Below, one piece after another: positions 39,010-47,223 of a DNA stretch of 64,000 nt. The translations under genes were made by a program, and so were the position numbers. Positions within the stretch are counted from its first letter, which is position 1; every line of letters starts with the position of its first letter. This DNA comes from a virus, in the IMG/VR virus record IMGVR_UViG_3300002092_000035, positions 1 through 64,000 of that record; one strand, written 5' to 3'. The notes below the pieces were generated by a model. That model saw only the letters and a list, made by a program, of their open reading frames with translations, had not been told where the DNA came from and did no database searches.

Positions 39010-39263
39010 ACACACTTACACAGAGGATACACACATGAATAAGTCACATTTACCAGCAATGCTGGCCACAAGTTTATTGCTATTCGTATTAGCATCAAAC
39101 GCATATGTCATCTATATGACATACAAACATCCTGATTGGATGGTTCTCACTTACACATTGCCTCCCATCACTTAATTTAAAAAAGGTCATTTTTCGGTTG
39201 ACTTCGGGTATTCGGTTTGCTATATTGAATCATAGACAGACACACACAAACGGAGTTACTCAG

Positions 39264-39611
39264 ATGGCTTATATGAATTCCGAAAAGAAGGCAATCATCG
39301 CTTCTAACTTGAAGCCTGTTCTTAAGAAGTTCGGTGTTAAAGGCAGCCTTTCAGTAGACCATCACTCAAGCATCGTGCTGACTCTCAAGTCCGGCAAGAT
39401 TGAGTTTGGCTCTGATCGTCAGCAAGTGAATCCTTACTGGTTCCACGAGCATTACGATGGTGTTGCTAAGGAGTTTCTGACCGAAGCATTTGCTGCTCTC
39501 AAGAGTGCAGGCTGGTACAACAATACTCGTTCAGAAATTGACTATTTTGACATCGCTTACTATGTTGACATCAACATCGGTAAGTGGAACAAGCCCTATC
39601 AATTTATTTAA
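39264..39611 (+). CDS. hypothetical early protein
   Basis: GGAG RBS after early promoter; NTRSEIDYFDIAYY motif. Confidence 0.7.
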   Translation: MAYMNSEKKAIIASNLKPVLKKFGVKGSLSVDHHSSIVLTLKSGKIEFGSDRQQVNPYWFHEHYDGVAKEFLTEAFAALKSAGWYNNTRSEIDYFDIAYYVDINIGKWNKPYQFI

Positions 39612-39626
39612 TTTAAGGAACATAAA

Positions 39627-39821
39627 ATGGGACTATCTACAGACTATCTCAATGCTGACCCTCTCTACAGACGGGCCCGGCAACTAGGTAACAGGCATGA
39701 CCGGCCTTCTTTTGAAATTCAGCCGGGCGGAAGGATACATCCTCTTGTCACTGTTGCTATTTGGGCAGTGATCGTTCTAAGCACTGGTATCGGTGCCGCG
39801 ATGTATGCCTCAAAACTTTAG
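39627..39821 (+). CDS. small membrane protein
   Basis: C-terminal hydrophobic helix. Confidence 0.5.
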   Translation: MGLSTDYLNADPLYRRARQLGNRHDRPSFEIQPGGRIHPLVTVAIWAVIVLSTGIGAAMYASKL

Positions 39822-39827
39822 AATAAT

Positions 39828-39909
39828 GCGCCGGTGGCAGATCGGTAATGCGGTGGACTGCAAATCCACTCCGAAAGGGTAGTAGGTTCAATTCCTATCC
39901 GGCGCTCCA
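39828..39909 (+). tRNA. tRNA-Cys(GCA)
   Basis: Cloverleaf with small extra arm, U73. Confidence 0.88.
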
Positions 39910-40007
39910 ACTATATATCGGTACCGATTGAAGTCACCTGATGACATAGGGCGGATCGGTTAAAAGAATGCATGTGTGACTGCCGATACCGTTGCATTGA
40001 AGATTAT

Positions 40008-40083
40008 ACCTGCGTAGCTCAGTGGTAGTAGCATCGTGCTGATAACACGAAGGTCGGTAGTTCAACTCTACCCGCAGGTACCA
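40008..40083 (+). tRNA. tRNA-Ile(GAT)
   Basis: Cloverleaf. Confidence 0.9.
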
Positions 40084-40090
40084 ATTCTAA

Positions 40091-40126
40091 GGGTTATAGG
40101 CTCTCCGGCTGAGCATACGACTTTAA
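40091..40126 (+). pseudogene. degenerate 5' half of a tRNA-Lys
   Basis: GGGTTAT..GCTC..GAGC-ATACGA-CTTTAA. Confidence 0.5.
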
Positions 40127-40175
40127 GTTAAATGCTCTAATAGGTATAAATATCAATGCACAACGGAGCATTGAT

Positions 40176-40751
40176 ATGGATAATAGAAAAAAACCCAAGA
40201 CTGAAAAATGGCTTAAGGCTATGGCAGATCGAAGGGGCAATGGAGCTAATCAATATACTAAAGCCAAAGCATTAGGAAACCCAAAACCAGAATTGACTGC
40301 CGAACAAATACAAAAAAGAAAAAACAGTCATACAGGAAAAACTCATACAGAAGAAACTAAAGATAAAATAAGAATCAGTCGTTTAGCATTCCTGCAAGAA
40401 AACCCACACATGGTTCCTTATAAGCTGAATCACTACTCAAAAGGAAGATCATATCCTGAAGAATACTGGAAAGCGGTGCTAGATTCAAACAACTTAATTT
40501 ACGAAGAACAATATCAGATAGGAATATATCAACTAGATTTTGCCTTTGTTGATTTGAAAATAGATTTAGAGATTGATGGCGATCAGCATTATTTAGATCA
40601 ACGGATAGCTGCTAGTGATATTAGAAGAACCAAATATCTTGAAGAATTGGGATGGAAAACGATAAGAGTAAGATGGTCAAACTATAAGAAACTAGCAGAT
40701 AAAAAACAGTTTGTTGATGAAATTGTAAAAGCATTGAGTATGGGCTCGTAG
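40176..40751 (+). CDS. DUF559/Vsr-like homing endonuclease with NUMOD3
   Basis: SYPE..YQLDFA..LEIDGDQH..D..R..L..LGW..IR; stop lies inside tRNA-Lys. Confidence 0.85.
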   Translation: MDNRKKPKTEKWLKAMADRRGNGANQYTKAKALGNPKPELTAEQIQKRKNSHTGKTHTEETKDKIRISRLAFLQENPHMVPYKLNHYSKGRSYPEEYWKAVLDSNNLIYEEQYQIGIYQLDFAFVDLKIDLEIDGDQHYLDQRIAASDIRRTKYLEELGWKTIRVRWSNYKKLADKKQFVDEIVKALSMGS

Positions 40752-40826
40752 GAGAATTGGTAAACCCAGCAGACTTTTAATCTGCCGCGAGAGCATCTGT
40801 CGGTTCGAGTCCGACCGAGCCCACCA
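40742..40826 (+). tRNA. tRNA-Lys(TTT) with class II-like body
   Basis: GCAGA-CTTTTAA-TCTGC plus extra arm. Confidence 0.85.
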
Positions 40827-40844
40827 AAAACTTAAAGGTGAACG

Positions 40845-41240
40845 ATGAAACATAAACTTTACTGTATTTTCGCAGACGAATCTGTTAAGAAAATGAACGG
40901 TATCAGGGGAAAAATGTGTACCCAGGCAGGCCACGCATATGTTCACTCAATATGGGATGCATTCGCACCAAGTTTCAACTTGATCAAAATGTTTCGTAAA
41001 ATCAAACAGGCGTATGCTTATAAACACAGTGAACGTGCATACAAAATCACGCTGAGGATATCCACTGTGGATGAGCTTAAAGCTCTCCAGGAAAAGTACC
41101 GAGACATTTGTGGTACCAGTCTGGTAACGGATGCAGGTTTCACCGTGTTTGCTGAGCCGACTACTACTTGTCTTGGAATTGGTCCAATACGAGAAGATAA
41201 AATCGGTGACGATCTAAAGGCACTAAAAACGTTTACTTAA
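40845..41240 (+). CDS. peptidyl-tRNA hydrolase, Pth2 family
   Basis: GKMCTQAGHA, KITL, DAGFT, TCLGIGP. Confidence 0.88.
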   Translation: MKHKLYCIFADESVKKMNGIRGKMCTQAGHAYVHSIWDAFAPSFNLIKMFRKIKQAYAYKHSERAYKITLRISTVDELKALQEKYRDICGTSLVTDAGFTVFAEPTTTCLGIGPIREDKIGDDLKALKTFT

Positions 41241-41241
41241 T

Positions 41242-41318
41242 GATGGGATAGCTCAGTTGGTCAGAGCGCAGGTCTCATACGCCTGATGTCGAAGGTTCAA
41301 ATCCTTCTCCCATCACCA
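41242..41318 (+). tRNA. tRNA-Met(CAT) elongator
   Basis: Cloverleaf with paired 1-72. Confidence 0.85.
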
Positions 41319-41326
41319 AACTATAT

Positions 41327-41403
41327 GGCTCCTGGGTCTGCATGGTGAAGACACCCGCCTGTCACGCGGGAGATGAGGGGATCGTTACCCCTAGGAGCCG
41401 CCA
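41327..41403 (+). tRNA. tRNA-Asp(GTC)
   Basis: Cloverleaf, G73. Confidence 0.88.
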
Positions 41404-41477
41404 ATTTTAATACCCAAAACAGTTTACTCTCATGAGAGAGTGTACTATAATAAGAAAATCAGAGATAAGGAAATCAC

Positions 41478-42044
41478 ATGAAGATCACTCTACGCAAGGC
41501 CAACGCAATTCAAGTAGCTGTCAACGATGCTATCAAGGGTCTTGACTTTAATTCTGTTGTTCACATCAATGAGTTTCAGACTCCTGATGCAGAGATCAAT
41601 GCACTTGCAACTAAGTTTGCAGATAATCTTGTTCGCCGGAATAGTTTGCTTGACGCCCTTTACGAGATTCGTAAGGCAGTCGCATCGGCAAATGATAGCA
41701 ACGGGATTGATGTTCGCCTAGCTGATGTCGCTCGTTTTGAGAAGGACTTACAGTTCTATAGCACCCACGCAAAGGGGTCTGTAATGACAGATTCTAATGT
41801 GATCGCTGGCAAGCTGGATAAGCTTCGTAACCGTAAGGAAGAATCTTATGGCTACGGACGAGACGCTACAATTGACACTTCAATCTTTACAACAGCACTA
41901 CTTGAATCCTTTAAGGGTATCGTCGTTGCTGCTAAGAAGGCAAAGCAGAAGTTACAGGATGAACTCCTTGAGTTGAACGTCCGCACTGAGATTGAGTTCT
42001 CGGCTGCTACAGTCGCGACACTCACAAAGGAAGGCATCCTTTAA
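41478..42044 (+). CDS. helical coiled-coil protein
   Basis: MKITLRKANAIQ...LQDELLELNVRTEI. Confidence 0.7.
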   Translation: MKITLRKANAIQVAVNDAIKGLDFNSVVHINEFQTPDAEINALATKFADNLVRRNSLLDALYEIRKAVASANDSNGIDVRLADVARFEKDLQFYSTHAKGSVMTDSNVIAGKLDKLRNRKEESYGYGRDATIDTSIFTTALLESFKGIVVAAKKAKQKLQDELLELNVRTEIEFSAATVATLTKEGIL

Positions 42045-42087
42045 AGTTTGGTAGTTAGACCCCTCGCAGTGGGGGTAAATTGCCCGG

Positions 42088-42318
42088 AAGAGAAAAGAGA
42101 GATTAGAATAGACACCCGTTCCAATTAAATTGGAACCAGCATCCGAAGCTCTTGAAAAGCTTCTCGCTAGTATGATCTAACCGTATTTTGTTGCATATTG
42201 TGGTTGAGAAATACACTGGCTTATTGTAGATTGTTCTTTGTTGATTGTTTGGTAGGTTGTTCTTGTACGAGACACCGATGCAGTTTGCACAGTCTATCAC
42301 TTGCTCTTTTCTTTTTCG
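42088..42318 (+). ncRNA. putative structured RNA with NTTGTNN heptamer repeats
   Basis: Purine arm GAAGAGAAAAGAG..ATAGAC pairs with GTCTAT..CTCTTTTCTTTTTC; internal repeats. Confidence 0.5.
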
Positions 42319-42349
42319 TAATTATTTTTAAAAAAGTTGAAAATAGTTC

Positions 42350-42420
42350 TTGACATTGGTATGAGGACTATATATAATAAGAAAATAAGAGATGAGAAAT
42401 CATCTTCGCTCTTTGAAATT
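42350..42420 (+). promoter_or_regulatory. promoter plus boxB/boxA antitermination-like site
   Basis: TTGACA-N17-TATAAT; AGATGA-GAAA-TCATCT; GCTCTTTGAAATT. Confidence 0.7.
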
Positions 42421-42430
42421 GTAGAATTTA

Positions 42431-42522
42431 TATTCTCATTAGATGAATACACAGGACGGACATAGCCCCCGTAACACGGGGCAGAATGGTGGTGACGACA
42501 GTGTGTTCTTCTAATGAGAATA
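42431..42522 (+). ncRNA. long-stem cassette C
   Basis: TATTCTCATTAGATGAATACAC/GTGTGTTCTTCTAATGAGAATA. Confidence 0.55.
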
Positions 42523-42611
42523 AGAATTGGGGGCATAGCCTCTTTAGGGTAGCAGGGAGTAATAAGTAGGTCGCAAGGCTAAAGGCATAAATACATTGAA
42601 GGAAACTTAAT

Positions 42612-43295
42612 ATGTATTATGTGTATATGCTTTTGGACCCACGTAAAGACAATATCCCTTTCTATATCGGAAAAGGTATCGGTGATAGATGGAAAGACCA
42701 TCTGAAAGAATCTGCTGATTCTACTATTAATGAGCGGAAGTTTTATACCATTCAAAAGATAGTTAAGTCGGGACTTGTAGTCGGCCACAAAATTGTCAAC
42801 TGGTTTGATGATGAAGAACAGGCATATGCGTTTGAAGAACAGTTGATTACTAAGTATGGTAGGAAGGGTTACGACCCAAATGGCATACTGACTAATATCT
42901 GTTTAGATTCTAGGCCTCCTAGGTGGCAAGAGGGACCTAAGCGAGACGAAATAATTCAAAAAATTAAAGCTACTAAAGCTAAAATGGATTTGTCTCACTC
43001 GCAACAGACCAAAGATGATATTGGAAATAAGTTGCGGGGCAAAAAAAAGCCGCCCCGATCAAAAGAACATTGTTTAGCGTTAAGTAACGCACTTAAAGGT
43101 AAACCGTTAACTAAGCCTTGCAAGGATGAAACAAGAAAGAAGCGTAGCGAGAATCAGCTAGGAAAGAAAGCAACTGCTGAAACTTGTGAGGCAATATCCA
43201 AAGCATTGACAGGCAGAACATTGACGGAAGAGCATATAGAAAAAATACGAGCCGCAAGGCTTGCTGCTATTGCTCGTAAAAAAGAACAGGATTAG
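42612..43295 (+). CDS. GIY-YIG (LEM-3-like) homing endonuclease with NUMOD3 repeats
   Basis: YYVYMLLDPR..PFYIGKG..R..H..E..LTN. Confidence 0.85.
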   Translation: MYYVYMLLDPRKDNIPFYIGKGIGDRWKDHLKESADSTINERKFYTIQKIVKSGLVVGHKIVNWFDDEEQAYAFEEQLITKYGRKGYDPNGILTNICLDSRPPRWQEGPKRDEIIQKIKATKAKMDLSHSQQTKDDIGNKLRGKKKPPRSKEHCLALSNALKGKPLTKPCKDETRKKRSENQLGKKATAETCEAISKALTGRTLTEEHIEKIRAARLAAIARKKEQD

Positions 43296-43323
43296 TTTCA
43301 GAAAAGAAAGTATAAATAATATT

Positions 43324-43448
43324 AGACTAGTTTGATGAATGCACTATGACCACATGAGCGGGGTAGCTCCCGGGAGAACTTAGCGGTTCTAAAACAAAAG
43401 TAGGAATGGATTGGTCTCTGTTCTGTAGTGCATTCTTCAAAATAGTTT
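43324..43448 (+). ncRNA. long-stem cassette D
   Basis: AGACTAGTTTGATGAATGCACTA/TAGTGCATTCTTCAAAATAGTTT. Confidence 0.55.
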
Positions 43449-43450
43449 AA

Positions 43451-43529
43451 AGCGGGATAGGGGAGTCGGGTCGTCCCCGCTGGTCTCATAAGCCGGAAAT
43501 CGGTGGTTCAAATCCATCTCCTGCACCCA
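43451..43529 (+). tRNA. tRNA-fMet-like (CAT)
   Basis: 1-72 mismatch, CT-CAT-AA loop. Confidence 0.8.
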
Positions 43530-43536
43530 ATTAGAT

Positions 43537-43610
43537 GCGGCTTTCGTATAATGGTATTATCACAGCCTTCCAAGCTGAGGACACGGGTTCAATTCCCGTA
43601 GGCCGCTCCA
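43537..43610 (+). tRNA. tRNA-Gly(TCC)
   Basis: Cloverleaf, U73. Confidence 0.92.
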
Positions 43611-43769
43611 AAGTTTAGACACACCATATGGAACATTCCGGGGCCGGCGTATGGTGTATATCTGATGAAAAGCTGACATTACGCAATCAATATTTAGTTT
43701 AAATCCATAGATGTCACATAAATAACTATGTAGATTATTAATCTATTAGAGACATCAAAGGAGACATTC

Positions 43770-43988
43770 ATGTCAGCTATTATCACTTTTCTAACTGGAA
43801 AGAAGACATATATCGTAGCACTCGTCGCCGCCCTCTTAGCCGGCGCACAAGCACTAGGTTATCATATTCCGGAATATGTGTATGTATTGCTTTCTGCTGC
43901 CGGCATCGGCTCATTCAGAGCAGCACTCAACACTATCAATGTTAGTGCCCCGGCTCCAACTGCCACAGCAACAAAGCCAAAGAAGTAA
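43770..43988 (+). CDS. holin-like small membrane protein
   Basis: GKKTYI, two TM segments, basic tail. Confidence 0.6.
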   Translation: MSAIITFLTGKKTYIVALVAALLAGAQALGYHIPEYVYVLLSAAGIGSFRAALNTINVSAPAPTATATKPKK

Positions 43989-44071
43989 CATTCTATCATA
44001 TACAGTGACTACAGGAGCCTAACGGCTCCTGTAACCATATGTAGATACCTTTTCCGGTAGATAAATACTAT

Positions 44072-44560
44072 ATGTTATTAATTTCATACCGCGGCATCTA
44101 TCAAGGTCAGAACTACGAGGATGCAAATAGCCCTGCTCAATTAAGGGATGCACTAAATCATGGCTTCTCTGTGTCAGTAGATACATGGAGAATAGATGGT
44201 GCTACTTATCTAGGAAATGATCAACCATTATATCTGATTGATGACAAATTCATACAAGGAAGCAGATTCTGGATTAATGCTAGGAATGCTGACATGGTAA
44301 CTTTCCTCTCATCACAGCCACCTAAGCTTTATCCAAACTGGTTCTACTATGATGATGATACTCCGCCCGCGTATGTGACGACTACGAGCGGTAAACTATG
44401 GACCTTCGGAACCGTGCCGATAGACAACACGAGTATAGTCGTTCTCCCGGAACTAGAAGATAGAGGGTTATTCAGCACCGTAAAACTGCGTTGCTATGGC
44501 ATATGCAGCACCTACCTGACTTTCATCAGAAGGATGCGTAATGAAGGCGAGTGGTATTAA
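44072..44560 (+). CDS. PLC-like/GDPD-like phosphodiesterase homolog
   Basis: ISYRG..NSP..VDTW..GICS (His of SHRG replaced). Confidence 0.55.
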   Translation: MLLISYRGIYQGQNYEDANSPAQLRDALNHGFSVSVDTWRIDGATYLGNDQPLYLIDDKFIQGSRFWINARNADMVTFLSSQPPKLYPNWFYYDDDTPPAYVTTTSGKLWTFGTVPIDNTSIVVLPELEDRGLFSTVKLRCYGICSTYLTFIRRMRNEGEWY

Positions 44561-44592
44561 TTTTATCCTATACTCAATAGTTAAATAATGTA

Positions 44593-45384
44593 ATGAGCAT
44601 TCTTGTAGCCATACTAACTAACCGTTTCCCCGATAAACTTGAACGGTGCATTGATTCTGTGAAATCGCAGACATCTGATATTGTTGTGGTCTGCAACACG
44701 CTTGACGTAGATTTTATACCCCGAGCCAGATATATTGCTGAATCTAATGATATTTCTTTTGTCATCACTGAATCAAATGGCACCCCGGCTAAAGGCAAGA
44801 ACTCAGTCCTAAATTATTTTACTAGAACCGACTATGAGTATCTATTCATCGTAGACGGTGATGATTTTCTAGGGAACAACGCGATTAGCAAGTTATCCAA
44901 AGTCATTGACGAGAATCCATGTGATGTGCTTACACTGGTATATGGCGAACAAGCATTAGTCGGTGATCAACGAATGTCAATCCTTGAATGGTCTACTACT
45001 GATGATTACAAACGAAAATTCACCACAAGAAAGACTGTTCGGAATATAAGACCGTTGTTGAAGATGAGAGAAGAATTGTATCGTATACTGCCATATAACA
45101 GATTCTTGCTCATATCTAAAAAAGCACTATCTTATTTTCAATTTGATGAGTCGTTGATTGGGTTGTCTGAGTATCACCTTTCTATAAAACTCTTGCACTA
45201 TACCAAAGATATCGTTTACAAAGGCTTATCTGCTAGCGACATCTATATATACGATGCTAATGATCCAGGCAACTATAGAAAGTTTATGGAAACGATTGAC
45301 GGAGAAGAGTTCGTCGGAAATCTATTACGTTCTTTAGATGAATACGACACCTCAGGAGGAATTGATGTCATTTCAGTTGGTTGA
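44593..45384 (+). CDS. glycosyltransferase family 2
   Basis: LERCIDSV, GKN, VDGDD. Confidence 0.8.
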   Translation: MSILVAILTNRFPDKLERCIDSVKSQTSDIVVVCNTLDVDFIPRARYIAESNDISFVITESNGTPAKGKNSVLNYFTRTDYEYLFIVDGDDFLGNNAISKLSKVIDENPCDVLTLVYGEQALVGDQRMSILEWSTTDDYKRKFTTRKTVRNIRPLLKMREELYRILPYNRFLLISKKALSYFQFDESLIGLSEYHLSIKLLHYTKDIVYKGLSASDIYIYDANDPGNYRKFMETIDGEEFVGNLLRSLDEYDTSGGIDVISVG

Positions 45385-45994
45385 TAGTAACGTAGCACTT
45401 GATTATATAGAACCGTTCTGCAAGGCAGCAGAGAATGATCCTTCCCCTGCTGCACAGAACATGATCATACCTAATTGGAAAAATTCTCCAGGATCTTTCC
45501 TCTATAAACTCTACGTTGACAAGATATACGACAAGGAAAACAAAGGTGGCTATCTGCTTCAAATTAAGGATGGCCAGATAATATCTGGATCCGGATTCAG
45601 CAGATGGAATGTAGATGAGAATGTATGTCTTTTATATTCTAGGACATACGTGCTGACTGAGCATAGAAACAATGGTGCACAAAGAGTAGGCAGATATAGC
45701 TGGGAACAACTCAAATACATGAGAGCATACCAGTATAAAGCAGGAATGATCACTTTCAATGAATACAATGCCCGACTCGTAGAACTTTTGAACGGGTATA
45801 ACTCTGCTGAACGGACCCACACTATAATAAACGGTGAATATTATAATCGTCACGGTAGAAAATTTGTACCTAGTATTACATACCCAAAAAAAGTAAACAT
45901 AAATCACACGAACCAGATAGTGGTATATTACTGTGATGATGCAAGTTATAAAGAAACTTTGTTAAATACGCTTAAGCAACATGAGATAGATTAG
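45365..45994 (+). CDS. GNAT-like protein
   Basis: RTYVLTEHRNNG motif A-like. Confidence 0.5.
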   Translation: MSFQLVDSNVALDYIEPFCKAAENDPSPAAQNMIIPNWKNSPGSFLYKLYVDKIYDKENKGGYLLQIKDGQIISGSGFSRWNVDENVCLLYSRTYVLTEHRNNGAQRVGRYSWEQLKYMRAYQYKAGMITFNEYNARLVELLNGYNSAERTHTIINGEYYNRHGRKFVPSITYPKKVNINHTNQIVVYYCDDASYKETLLNTLKQHEID

Positions 45995-46699
45995 GTGCTG
46001 TATCTTTTTACAATTTTAGGATGGATTTCTGTAGTAGCATTTGTTCCGATGTTGATGTATGCTACCTATTGGCAACTTGCTATCTGCGTATCAATGTATT
46101 TCATATACCAAACGTTCGGTGGAAACTTAGGTTATCATAGGCTTGCTAGTCATCGCTTATTCAACTGTCCTCGTTGGTTAGAACTCGTGTCAGTGACTAT
46201 AGGAGGATTGATGTTAAAATCTCCTGCAATCTATTGGGTAGCCCAGCATAATGCACATCACGCAAAGGCAGATACACTCGCTGATCCACACAGCATAGAG
46301 AGAAATGGATTCTTTAAAGCAGTCTTCATGATTCCAACCTGTTCAGATGGCATACAGATCAAGTATTATGCCCATCTCCTGCGTGACAAGTTTTACCTTT
46401 TTCAACGAGACTTCTATTGGTATATCATTGCGATTTATGTTTTGGTCCTCTATCTTATTGATCCTTTCTCGTTGGTCTATGCGTGGCTCGCCCCTTGTGG
46501 GCTCGTGCATATCGCTATGACGATGGCAGCGACATATTCACACCGCGGGGGTAAACCACACGATGACCCTATCTTTGCTCTATACAGCTTCGGTGAAGGT
46601 TGGCATAAGTTCCACCATGAGAACCCGAGAGAGTATAAGTTGCATCCCTCATTAGATATAACCGGAAACATTATTGATATGTTACGGGTCAAAAAATAA
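45995..46699 (+). CDS. acyl-CoA (delta-9-type) fatty acid desaturase
   Basis: His boxes HRLASH, HNAHH, GEGWHKFHH. Confidence 0.88.
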   Translation: MLYLFTILGWISVVAFVPMLMYATYWQLAICVSMYFIYQTFGGNLGYHRLASHRLFNCPRWLELVSVTIGGLMLKSPAIYWVAQHNAHHAKADTLADPHSIERNGFFKAVFMIPTCSDGIQIKYYAHLLRDKFYLFQRDFYWYIIAIYVLVLYLIDPFSLVYAWLAPCGLVHIAMTMAATYSHRGGKPHDDPIFALYSFGEGWHKFHHENPREYKLHPSLDITGNIIDMLRVKK

Positions 46700-46733
46700 T
46701 TGATTCTGCCTACAAATACTGTATAATGTAAAA

Positions 46734-47162
46734 ATGTCGGATGCATCTATTCCAAAAACATTAATATGCGAGAGCGTTAGAGAAGCCACAGTAGTCAACT
46801 GTGAAAAGTGCAGTGGGCTCGGATCAATTGAGTTGGTAGTAGAGAAAGATTATCATAAAAGATTATTTGAATCGGGTCGCTTTACCTGCGACACCTGTGA
46901 AGGTGACGGGCGGATGATATTGATTCAAGAACATTTCAAAATTGTTAGCATGCCTGAGCGGGAGTCAACAACAATTCCTTATCGTGGAAATGCATATACA
47001 CGCATTGATCCATTTCTAAAAGAATCTTGTCAAGTTGCATATACGATAGATCGCAGAGATTATAGCCTAGAAAATAAACATCCCGATCTAAAAGCACTAC
47101 CTTATGAAAATTATGATAAGCTAGCAGAGCAATACCGACTGGTAGGAATATTAAAGAAATAG
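46734..47162 (+). CDS. DnaJ-type zinc-finger protein
   Basis: CEKCSGLG, CDTCEGDG. Confidence 0.6.
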   Translation: MSDASIPKTLICESVREATVVNCEKCSGLGSIELVVEKDYHKRLFESGRFTCDTCEGDGRMILIQEHFKIVSMPERESTTIPYRGNAYTRIDPFLKESCQVAYTIDRRDYSLENKHPDLKALPYENYDKLAEQYRLVGILKK

Positions 47163-47223
47163 CATAAAAAGGCTTGACATTGCACTAGATATTTTGTAAT
47201 ATGATATTACAAAGGAGATCAAA

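Noticed and set aside
39916-39988. Hammerhead ribozyme (CTGATGA after a stem)
   Set aside because: No GAAA core after stem II and no cleavage triplet geometry
42528-42590. tmRNA 5' end (GGGGGCA...)
   Set aside because: Lacks the GATTCGAC motif, tag ORF and matching 3' acceptor
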